The notes beneath the pieces were generated by a model that was given only the letters and a program-made list of their open reading frames with translations, did not search any database and was not told the DNA's origin. From contig NC_057718.1 in NCBI RefSeq assembly GCF_004010195.1, forward strand, positions 16,338,128 through 16,384,765: DNA of 46,638 bases. The letters are read 5' to 3'. Below, one piece after another: positions 36,812 to 46,638 of the stretch. Both the position numbers and the translations under genes were made by a program. Numbering within the stretch: position 1 is the stretch's first letter; each line of letters starts with the position of its first letter. The stretch is from Chiloscyllium plagiosum (Eukaryota).

Positions 36812-37931
36812 CCGTAACGTTTGTGTTTCATGAGTCCAATTTCCAGGGAGGAGGAACTGTGAATGTATGAGTGTTTTGTTTGGCTGGGCTGAGTTATTAC
36901 TATTTATTTGTTTGTTGTTAGGTATTTATTTATTTAGTTAAATAGCTAGTTTAGTTTTTTAAATTTTATACTTCTCTATATATGTTTATACATTTGTACA
37001 GGAGGGTGGGTTGGGGAATTTTCTTTCAGTATTTGGGTTTAGTTTTGTACTATATTTGCACTGTTTTAAATTGCATTGTTTTGTATTTGTTGTAATATTT
37101 AAAAATCTATTTTTTCCTAATAAAAATATATTATTAAAAAATACTTTAAATGCATGTGATAAGATCTTACTCATATTTGCCATCTTGGTTAAAAAATACA
37201 AAACATTCACAAACCAAAGCTACATTATTTTATATAAGGAGTTAAAAATATTTGCAGAGAGCAGTTTCATGACTGTGATGAGCAAACATATTTTCTTTGA
37301 AACCAATGCTAAATTGTTTAACATGCAGCTCATGTACGTTACTGAACCAAGATGAAAAGAAAGTATCAAACTTGGTTGCTAAAGAATTTTCCTTAAATCT
37401 CTTTTGTTAGCATAGCTCACTTGTCTCTGATGTGACATGTTTTCCTTTTATTCTATTGATCAACTCTGATTAAGAGTGATGATGCAATCTGTTGGGTATA
37501 ATTAGTTGCCTACTCTAAATGGTTTGCAGGTAGCTTCAGGCAGCTGTTAGGCTACCTTGCATGTTGTCTGGGGAAGCTCTGTCATTGCTTTGACATCTGA
37601 AGTGACAAAAAGTAGTGTGTAAATTGCTTTGGCACAATATTGTCCAGTACCTAGCCTCCACTGCAAATTGTTTTGGCACTGCTTTGGTTTGGACCTACTG
37701 TCAGTTGCTAAGTGAAGCAAACAATCCTGCTTTCCTGTCAGAGCTATTAGCACTGTTGCTACATTTACCTTGATCATGTGACTTGACCAGAGGCTGAATG
37801 AACGTTAATAGCATAATTAGTCACTATTAGACGAACCAAAATAATTCTAAGCGTAATTTCAAAATGTATCATTAAAAGAAAATTGTAAAGAACCAATATT
37901 TAAAGTTTCAATTGTATTATTTCAAACATAG

Positions 37932-38166
37932 TGAAATAACTCCACAGAGGCCATTATCCCATCACCAAGTCACCCTTGATTTACATGTGGAGAGTCCTTG
38001 ACACAGATCCAGCTCCCTCAAGCCAGGACTCAGAGTGAACAGGATGTCTGACACGCCTGTTCTTATATGCCAGCCAGGGCTCCCTCATTAGACCAGATTA
38101 ACAACCTCAATTAGAAAACTCATATTCTGTGAGCTTCACCTGGCTGACCTTGTTACAATCACTACA
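37932..38166 (-). mobile_element. 3' LTR of the Gypsy element (~235 bp)
   Basis: The minus strand reads TGTAGTG...TATTTCA and is directly preceded by the PPT cagaggggaaggag (38167-38180). Confidence 0.75.
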
Positions 38167-39803
38167 CTCCTTCCCCTCTGAGTCTGAGGACATATACCGG
38201 CTCCTTTTTATGTAGCTCCTCCTAGGTCAGATTCCTCCAACCCTGCATCTGATACGGCTGATGTGTAATACACAGCAGCTTGTCTGTTGTGCCTGGAGCA
38301 TCTCAGAAGAAATTCATTTTCTTCTTCAGGTGACGAAGGAGTCAAGGCGGTAACATTCACAGTGTCCACCTCCGATTCTGAGATACCTTGGAATGCTTGA
38401 CGGAGACACAGAACCCATGGGTTCCAGCACAATCAGAAAGGCAGTCGAGAAGCCGGGCACGTTTTTCCCCATTCACCGTTTGTGAGTTTGCAGCTTTCAT
38501 ATGTTCCATGTGCTTGTTCAGGACTGTTGCATCTACATAAACTTTATACATCACTGGACCTGACCTCGCATTGACTATGCTCTTACCCATGGAGGGCCTA
38601 AGCTTGCCTTCAATCTTTCTGCCAGACCATTGGATGATGGATAGTATGGAACTGTCCTTATATGTTTAATAGCATTCGACTTTAGGAAATAATCAAATTT
38701 CCTGTTGGCAAACGGTGGCCCATTATCTGTGATGAACACTTCCAAGAATCCATGTATCGCAAAAGATGCCTGCAGCTTTTCTATCGTTGTCCTTGTGTTT
38801 GATGAATGAACTCCATGCATATCAAACCACTTTGAGTGGGTATTCACAATGACTAAGACCATTAAGCCCATGAAAGGATCTGCATATCAATGTGTAACCG
38901 AGTCCAGGATTCATGTGGCCATTCCCAGGAACGTGGGGGAACTGCTGGGAGTAATTTTTGTCCTTATTGGCACTCTGGGTATTGCCTCACCAATGCGGAC
39001 AGGTCTGCATTGAATCCTGGCCATCAGACATGATGCCAACATCGTCATTTTGGAAAGCCATGGTATCCAGCAGCAACCTTTGCTCAAGACAATCAGTCTT
39101 GGTCCCCATAATAATATGCCGTCCTTTACAGTGAGCTGGTCTCTTCGTGTCCAAAAAGGTTTTACTTTGGTTTCCCCCGTGGCCACCAGCTAGTTCAATT
39201 TTGCAAGGACTTGATTTTTCTGAGTCCAAAGTTTGATATTGTCAACTGTGACTGGAAGTGTGTACAGAAAATTGAAAACCATTATGGAATCTTCCAGCGA
39301 CGGATCTGCCAGCAGGAGGTGGCTCAATGTATCCTCATTTGCTACTTGGCCTCCTGGACAGTGTTCCAACTTGTAACTGTACGCACTTAGTATTAGAGTC
39401 CACAGCTGAAATTGTCTTGAAGCTACGGGCAGTACTACCTTGTCCTCTTTAACTAGCAGAGGTTGTAGTCTGTTATTATTAAAAATGTACATCCGTAAAG
39501 GTATTGGTAGAACATCCTGACTCCAAATATGACTGCCAAACCTTCCTTCTCTATCTGAGTGTAGTTTTGCTCTGCTTTAGACAAAGTCCTGGATGCATAT
39601 GCTACTGGGGATTCCTCTCTATAATGCCATCTATGAGCTAATACCACCCTGATGCCATACAGGAAGGCATCACAAGCAGATCTTGCTTGAGATCATAGTG
39701 CGCCAACACCTTAGAGGATGATAACTGTTTCTTCACTTCCTTGAAAGCTTTTTAAGAGTTGATGCAAAGGTGCCCGGATGGAGGCAAGGTTATATATGAA
39801 TTT

Positions 39804-40110
39804 GAATCATAGAACCCATACAGTGTGAAAGCAGGCAATTTGGCTCATTGAGTCCACATCGATCCTTCAAAAAGCATCCCAACTCCCCCCCTCCCTGTAC
39901 AAGGCTGCACTTCCCATAGCTAATCCACCTGGTCTATATAACCCTGAATACTGTGGACAATTTAGCATGGCCAGTCCACCTAACCTGCACATGCTTGGAC
40001 TGTCAGAGGAAATCGGAAGACCCAGAGAAAACCCATGCAGACACGGGGAGAATGTGTAAACTCAGTCGCCTGAGGCTGGATTTGAACTGAGTCCATCATC
40101 ATGATGCCCC
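39804..40110 (-). mobile_element. HE1/V-SINE-type SINE nested in Gypsy pol
   Basis: caatttagcatggccagtccacctaacctgcacatgcttggactg..aaacccatgcagacacggggagaatgtgtaaactc. Confidence 0.85.
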
Positions 40111-41209
40111 TTTCCATGGTGATTCACCAGCTCAAGGAAACACCTAAGCTCCAATACATACGTGGGAGCCGGGGCACATTTGATTGCCCTCACCTTATCT
40201 TCCAATGGGTGTAACATGGTCCTGTTGATTTTGTAGCCCAACTAAGTCACTTAGGGTGTGCCTAGAACACATTTTTCCCTTTTAAGATATATGCCCACCT
40301 GGGAGAAATGTCTGAGGACTATGTCCAAGTTCTCTTAGTGCTGCTTATTGGGCTTCCCTGTTATCAACACATCATCAAGATAAATGGTGATCTGGGGTAG
40401 ATCTTGAAAAATGCTCTGTATCGTCCACTGAAAAATTATACAGGCTGATGATACCCTAAATGGCATGAACCGTTATGGGTATTAATTGTAGCATACTTCT
40501 GGGAATCCTCATGTAACTGCAATTGCATATACGCATGGCTCATGTCTAGCTTCATGAAGGACAGTATCCCTGGCCAGCTTTGCATATAAATTGTCTATGT
40601 GAAGTATCGGGTATTTATCCAGCTACAAAAAACAGTTTACCGTTTATTGAAAATCCCCACAAATGCAAACTGACACATCAAGCTTTACAATCAGTATGAC
40701 TGGTGTTGCCCACTCTGCAAACTGGACTACTTTGACAATTCCTTCACCTTCCAGCCTGCTGATTTCTGCCTGTACTTTTGCCTGCAAAGCAAATGGTGCT
40801 GGCTTGGCCTTGTAGAATTGTAAAATTGCTTCCTGGTCAACATGCTGGGTGGCCTTGACTCCTTTGACAGCCCTAGACTTTCCAGAAAATCTTCCGGGTA
40901 TTTAGTTATGACTTCACTCAGGACAGCAATTTTCTAATCAAAAAATGTTGAGCCAATTCAGATGAAGGTTTCTCAACCAATTTTGCTCTATAAAGCTTGG
41001 GCCTGAGCCTTTTATTACAATCAGTGGTAACTGAACTAGCTGCTTCTTATAAGACACAAGAATCAAAGTTGTACCCCTAATCTGTAAAGGTACCCCAGTA
41101 TAGGTTCTCAGTCTGGCTGAGGTCTTGCACAAAAATAAGGGTTGGAATTAATTTTGTTAAAGACTGGTTCTGTGATCACTGGAAGTGCTGGTATCAACCT
41201 CCATTACAG

Positions 41210-41799
41210 ACAGGCAGAATGCTGGAAGAATACAGCAAGCCAGGCAGCATCAGGATGTAGATAAGTCGATGTTTCAGGTGTAACCCTCCTTCAGAACTAG
41301 GTGTACGTGTAGGGGGAGCTGCCACTAAAGGGGGTGGTGGGGGCAGGGTGGTGAAGTGGGAATAGGTGTTCCCGTTGTTATCTTCTCTACCAAATGTAAA
41401 CTTGGGAAACAATTTGTCACGCATCTCAGCCGGGCATCTTCCATTGCCACAGCAATCCAAACCGCAAACTGGAGGAACAACTCCTCATCTTCTGCCTGAG
41501 CAGCAACATTGAGTTCTCCAATTTCAAATAACCTGCGTTCCCATCCCCGACTCCCTTCCCAGCACATCCCCCTCCTTTTCCCCCCTCCCAGCCACCTACC
41601 GGATTCATTCCACCCATTGACCAGGTTGTACCCTCTGCCTGTCTTTACCTGACCCCATTTCACCACCCTGCCCTTGGTCCTGAACAAGGGTTACATCTGA
41701 AACGTCGACTTCTGCACCTTCCAATGCTGCCTAGCTTGCTGTGTTCTTCCAGCCTCCTGCCTGTCTACTTTGGATTCCAGCATCTGCAGTTTTTTTGTC
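41210..41799 (+). mobile_element. Penelope-derived inverted-repeat element with perfect 17-bp TSD
   Basis: TSD atcaacctccattacag at 41193-41209 and 41800-41816. The left arm is inverted relative to ~41645-41766. A remnant of the ORF end (LEEQLLIFCL) and degenerate hammerhead cores are present (41680-41706 plus; 41294-41268 minus). Confidence 0.88.
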
Positions 41800-42803
41800 A
41801 TCAACCTCCATTACAGCTAGCTGACCATTTAACCAGACTTTTATTTTGATTGGTACTGATTTGGATATCACTCAGCAATTTAACTGTTTCAAACAAGATG
41901 AAGGTGGGCTTTCAAGGGGGTGCACTTTTCTGGATGCTGGCCTATGAGTTCTGTTACTCAGTTTAGGTCTGGTGGGATTCTTTTGCTGTCTCATATCCAT
42001 ACACAGGCAGCAACTACAATGACTTGCTGGCCCAGATCTTGCAGAAATTTTAACTGTTAGGCCGAGGCTTAGCTTTGTTTTGGGGTTTTGCTGTGGGCTG
42101 ACCAATAAAGTCCTTTTGTTCAGGATGCAGCCTGAGTGAGGCTATGCAATTGCCGTTACTCAAGTGGTGTTGCCCAAGCTTTGTCGGACTGGCAAAGGTT
42201 TTCTCTTCCATTGGAATGTCCTGCAACTCGTATGCTCCAGTTAGCACATTTTCCAATGGTAAAGCTATTTGTAGTGCCTGTTTGAAGTGTAGTTGGGCTT
42301 CAGCTTTTGGATGGTTACATCATTGATCCCACATACCAAACAAGGTCTCAGCATTTCATTAAGAGTTGAAACAAGAACAGCTGTCTCTGCCAGCCTAACT
42401 GCGGTAGTGCTTATTTTTTCCCCAGCACCCAATGTGTGTGTGTAAGTGTGAGACACAGTGAAAGACAGAAGGTGAGTTACTCTCCTCAGTTCCTACCTTC
42501 TGACATGCTCTTGCAGCCACAGTGTTTATATAGCTGATTCAATTTCTGGTCAATGGTAACACCCAAGGTGATTTAGTTGGGGGTTTCAGCCATGGCAATA
42601 GTGTTGGATGCTAGGGAGAGATGATCATTACCTGTCTCTTCTGTGATCCAAATGTTGCTTGCCATTTATCATCTCAAGCCTGGGTGTTGTCTAGGCCTTT
42701 CTGCATTTGGACATAAAAGTCTTCAATATCTGAGGAGTCAATGAGCAATTATCAATGAGCATACTGCCTTCTGAAGCAGCTGATAATGATTGGGCCGAGG
42801 AAC

Positions 42804-44032
42804 TGTTATGAAGTTGAAGGCATGACAACAATTTAAATTTAACCAATCAGTTTAACTTATGCCCCAGGATACTAAAACCCAATCGAGTTTGAATTTATTG
42901 TTTTGCCAACATTGAACCAATGAGACAATCCGACATTGGGGATATAAAAAAGGCAGGCATTTTGAAAATTGGAGACAGAGCAACTGCCATCAACACAGAT
43001 CCAAGAACTTAGGAAACACTCTCTATCAAAGGTACCTTTTCATTTGAAACATATTCGCAGTAAAAAGAAAGACGACAACCGAGGGAGAACCTCAGCCGGA
43101 AGAAGGCAGACACCGAAGATGACAGCCGCTGTGAGATTTGGAGATGCCGGTGTTGGACTGGAGTGTACAAAGTTAAAAATCTCACAACACCAGGTTATAG
43201 TCCAACAGGTTTAATTGGAAGCACTAGCTTTTGGAACACCACTCCTTCATCAGGTGGTTGTGGAGTACACAATTGTAAGACACAGAATTTATAGCAAAAG
43301 TTTACAGTGTGATGTAACTGAAATTATACATGGAGAAATACCTTGATTGTTTGTTGAGTCTTTCATCTGTTAGAATGACCATGATAGTTTCACTTCTTTC
43401 ATATGTAAATTACAAAACTTTTTTCAAAAGTTACATTCTCAGGTTAACTATAACAATTGGTGTCAGCCAGATAATATGTTGAAGGTGTTAGCCCCCAGTG
43501 TTCCCTGTCTGTGCCATAATGTTTAGACTGGTTCTAATCTAAAAAGTGAGTTAATAGAGTCTTACATGGATTCATGCAGTTTTTGAGCAAAGTACAATGT
43601 AACTCTGCAAGTACAAATTCACCCCACAAACGTATGTGTGCATGTGGGTTTTTGTATGTGTGTGTGTGTGTTCGGTGCTCCGAAGGCTAGTGCTTCCAGT
43701 TAAACCTGTTGGACTATAATGTGGTGTTGTGTGATTTTTAACTTAGCCGCTGTGTAGTTTTGAATTTAAGTTGATGTAATTTTAATAAATGTTTTATTGG
43801 AACAGCACATTGTTACAGAGTTGGAGGCAGCTAATAAGCAGTTAAGAGAAAGGGGACTTAGAGTTGTGAGTTGTTGTTTAAGAGTTCACTTTTAGAGTTA
43901 AAGAATAAATTGATATTTTCTTTAAATAGTGGAACTAGGAATTCTCTGTCACTCATATTTTGACAGAGGTGAGATGAGCTTTTCTGGGTGTTTAGTTTAA
44001 TTAACAGAAGGGTTCACTGCCGCGTCATAACA
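42804..44032 (+). mobile_element. Solo LTR with nested Penelope-derived insertion
   Basis: Perfect 8-bp inverted termini TGTTATGA...TCATAACA with flanks gaac/gaat. CCAAT motifs, tataaaa at ~42943 and AATAAA near 43784 and 43904. Confidence 0.8.
43134..43744 (-). mobile_element. Penelope-derived inverted-repeat element (second family) with 10-bp TSD
   Basis: TSD agccgctgtg at 43124-43133 and 43745-43754. Arms 43170-43240 and ~43675-43744 are inverted. The minus-strand core CTGATGA-aggagtggtgttcc-AAAA-GCTA (43253-43225) has G12 mutated. Confidence 0.82.
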
Positions 44033-44513
44033 GAATTACACCAAGGAACGCCTGCAATGATGTCATAGGATTGAAATGATTGACCTCCAATAGCCACAAT
44101 CATATACTTTTGTGAGCTTTCCATCCCAAGATTTGGGATGTTTTGTTGGGGCATGTTAATTACATACTCAGTCAAATGCTGCCTTGCCATAGCGCATCTC
44201 GCCATTATAGTTCAGATCTTTTGTCCTTGTTCAGACCAGGTTTTAATGAGGTCAGGAACTAAGTGTCTTTACAAATCACAAACAATATCAGTGAGTAGGT
44301 TACCGCTGAGCAAGTGCTGCTGGGTAGCACTGTTGCTGACCCTTTCCATCACTTTGTTAGTGATTGAGAGTTGACTACTAGGAGAATAATTGGTTGGTTA
44401 GCTCTGTCCTGCTTTTTGTGAACAATTTTCTATATTGCATGGTGAATCCCTGTATTGTTGCGATACTGGAATTGTCCAATGAGTGGCACAGCTAATTCTG
44501 GAGCACACGTACT

Positions 44514-45369
44514 ATAATAAGGACAGTTTGTTTTATTTCTCTGTGTTTTAATTGTGGACTGAAATGGAGGAAACATCTGCTTAAAAACCCAGGATTTCTG
44601 GAGGATTGCTGCTAGTTTTAAAAGCAAGTAACCTGCCACTCATTGCAGCATCATTTACGCAGCTGCTTGTTCAAGCCATATTTGAAGTATATTTTGCAAA
44701 AGAACTGAAGCCGAGGGGTAAGTATAAATGGAGATTCAGCAAGCTGATTTGTCTATGGACTGGTGATTGATGACAAAGTTATTGATGACAAAGGCCTTCT
44801 GCTTGCTCACAGTTTGGGCTGTGAACAGGATAGAGTGCAATTTTCAGATTTCCCATCAACTCTGGAGCTCTCTCTGTTCTCTGCAGTAAAAGCTACTGAA
44901 CCAGCCACACTGCCTCCTATAAACCAGCAATGGCATCTGGAGAAGTAAGACTGAGAAGTAGTGTTTTAACCAGCACAAGAATCATGAGAAGTGTCTCAGG
45001 AACCCTGTGAACAAGAGTGCTGAACTACCTATTCAGTTTCCCCCTCTGCCTATAATATCCAAGTTTTGTCCTCTTTATCTGTCCATCTGTGGGTTTGTGT
45101 AAGGAACTTTATGTATGGATTATAGTTTAACTCGTAGAGTTTATAAATCAGTCGTTCAAAGTTGTTTACCTGTAGCTAAAGTCTGTTTACTTGCAATAAT
45201 TAGTCATTCTTGTAAGTACAGAAACCTGGTCCTTGTTTTTTGTGAACCTCAGTCTAAAAATCAGGTGATGGAGGGAATTTATGGAATTCAGTAGAACCTT
45301 TAAATTATGTGACAACTCCTGGAAAAGCGGTTTTTGATTTCCAGTGCACTAGCTTAGTGAGGCGTGACA
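44514..45369 (+). mobile_element. Putative solo LTR or LTR-like insertion
   Basis: Interrupts LINE sequence and ends ...ggcgtgaca. The 5' TG terminus is not clear. Confidence 0.4.
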
Positions 45370-45464
45370 CTGTTGGTGGAATGTTGTCAGGGCTGATAGC
45401 CTTTTACAGAGGAACCTCGATTATCTGAATGAGATGGGGGGGGCATTATTTAGTTTAGATAATT

Positions 45465-45755
45465 GATTATCAAGCACTAGGAAGGAAATTGAAGTACAGG
45501 TCCTCAAGGGTCATAATCTCCGGATTACTGCCCGAGCCACGTGCCAATTGGCATAGGGATAAGAAAATTAGGGAAGTAAACACGTGGCTAAGGGATTGGT
45601 GTGGGAAAGAGGGATTCCATTTCATGGGGCATTGGCATCAGTTTTGGAACCGGGGGGATCTGTACCATTGGGACGGTCTCCACCTGAACCGATCTGGTAC
45701 CAATGTTCTAGCGAAGAGGATAAATAGGGTGGTCAGCAGGACTTCAAACTTCTGA
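45465..45755 (+). mobile_element. CR1 ORF1 C-terminus (SGNH esterase), 5'-truncated
   Basis: RVIISGLLP..VNTWLRDWCGKEGFHF..DLYHWDGLHLNRSG (DxxH block V). Confidence 0.9.
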
Positions 45756-45772
45756 GTTGGGGGGAAGAGAAA

Positions 45773-46638
45773 ATGAAAGTGACAGGGAGTATGGAGTTAA
45801 ATGGAAAGATAAGCAGGAGGATAGCATGTATGCATGTGGATTTAACCTTGAGGCAGATTAGGGATGCAACAAAAAGGAAGGATAACTTAGGACATCTTAT
45901 GACTTCCAATATCTCTAAGGATAAGAATGTTAGCATTAAGGCACTTTACCTGAATGCTCATAGCATTCGTAACAAAGTAGATGAACTAACGGCACAAATC
46001 ATCATAAATGATTATGATGTGGTAGACATCACAGAGACATGGTTGCAGAGGGTTCAGGACTGGCAATTAAGCATGCAAGGATTTACAAATTATCGTAAAG
46101 ACAGGGAGGTGGGCAGAGGGGGCGGGGTGGCCTTGTTAGTTAAGAACAAAATTAAATCTATGGCACTGAATGACATAGGGTCGGATGATGTGGAGTCTGT
46201 GTGGGTGGAATTGAGGAACCACAAAGGCAAAAAAACCATAATGGGAGTTATGTACAGACCTCCTAACAGTGGTCAGGACCAGAGGCACAACATGTACCGG
46301 GAAATAGAAAAGGCATGTCAGAAACGCAAGGTCACGGTGATCATGGGGGACTTCAATATGCAGGTGGACTGGGTAAATAATGTTGCAAGTGGATCCAAAG
46401 AAAGGGAATTCATGGAATGCTTACACGATGGCTTTTTGGAACAGCTTGTCATGGAGCCCACAAGAGAGCAGGCTATTCTGGACCTAGTACTATGTAATGA
46501 ACCAGACTTTATAAAAAATCTTAAAGTAAGGGAACACTTAGGAAACAGCGATCATAATATGGTAGAGTTCAGTCTGCAATTTGAAAGAGAGAAGGCAAAA
46601 TCAAATGTAATGGTGTTACAGTTAAACAAAGGTAATTA
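45773..46638 (+). CDS. CR1 ORF2 N-terminus (APE endonuclease), open to the window end
   Basis: Manual translation shows no stop from ATG 45773: YLNAHSIRNK, ITETWL, YRKDR..GGGVALLVK, YRPP, MGDFN, ILDLVL, SDH. It is absent from the ORF track, presumably because no stop falls inside the window. Confidence 0.88.
   Translation, partial: MKVTGSMELNGKISRRIACMHVDLTLRQIRDATKRKDNLGHLMTSNISKDKNVSIKALYLNAHSIRNKVDELTAQIIINDYDVVDITETWLQRVQDWQLSMQGFTNYRKDREVGRGGGVALLVKNKIKSMALNDIGSDDVESVWVELRNHKGKKTIMGVMYRPPNSGQDQRHNMYREIEKACQKRKVTVIMGDFNMQVDWVNNVASGSKEREFMECLHDGFLEQLVMEPTREQAILDLVLCNEPDFIKNLKVREHLGNSDHNMVEFSLQFEREKAKSNVMVLQLNKGN

Larger units (their letters stand above)
31426..37140 (+). mobile_element. 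Near-full-length L1 retrotransposon (5.7 kb), inactivated
   Basis: 5' end gggatctaagatggcggcg, ORF1, ~600-bp spacer, ORF2, 3' UTR, AATAAA (~37119) and A-rich tail. Approximate TSD aaataactttaa (31414-31425) / aaatactttaa (37139-37149). Confidence 0.95.
38167..42400 (-). mobile_element. Gypsy LTR retrotransposon remnant (gag-PR-RT-RH-IN), 5' LTR missing
   Basis: Gag EMLRPCLVCGIND; protease MEVDTS; RT YLDDV (~40368-40382); RNase H PVAYASRTLSKAEQNYTQIEKEGLA; integrase HSKW..TDNGPPF..PYYPSSNGLAER. Confidence 0.92.
42480..45430 (-). mobile_element. Degenerate CR1/L2-group LINE RT region split by two LTR-like insertions
   Basis: IVAIGGQSFQSYDIIAGVP (44014-44205) continues on the other side of the solo LTR as ...LGPII. 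44400-44510 and 45370-45395 resemble 3130-3310. Confidence 0.65.

Noticed and set aside
23345..37140. The two opposed L1s as one giant inverted repeat or inversion product
   Set aside because: They are clearly diverged families with different ORF1 N-termini and UTRs, and the plus copy has its own approximate TSD.
43638..43672. ggtttttgt as a V(D)J recombination signal nonamer
   Set aside because: No cactgtg heptamer at 12 or 23 bp spacing; it adjoins a (TG)n microsatellite and no V/J segments are present.

Overview
Eukaryotic, almost certainly vertebrate, genomic DNA with three assembly gaps (4752-5746, 8958-9505, 15390-15889). The repeat content (HE1/V-SINE-type tRNA SINEs with (TCTAA)n tails, many CR1 LINEs, fish-type L1) suggests a cartilaginous fish; this is an inference. 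I found no host protein-coding exon, rRNA/tRNA gene or CRISPR array. The window is a dense nest of transposable elements: CR1/L2-group LINEs, including a young CR1 with an open APE frame at the right edge; two related L1s head-to-head, one nearly full length; a Penelope-like element (RT + GIY-YIG); a Gypsy provirus remnant; an internally deleted Gmr1-like LTR element; a Harbinger transposase relic; solo LTRs; an RTE tail; and SINEs. The most notable structure is a set of seven Penelope-derived insertions that carry minimal hammerhead-ribozyme cores (CUGANGA...GAAA-CGUC/GCUA). Five of them are short inverted-repeat (hairpin) elements, three with clear and two with degenerate target-site duplications, and in each the inverted arm stops 33-40 nt short of the element 3' end. 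Hammerheads and inverted termini are known for Penelope-like elements, so these are probably undescribed instances or families rather than a new system. All calls were made by eye, and boundaries of old elements are approximate.
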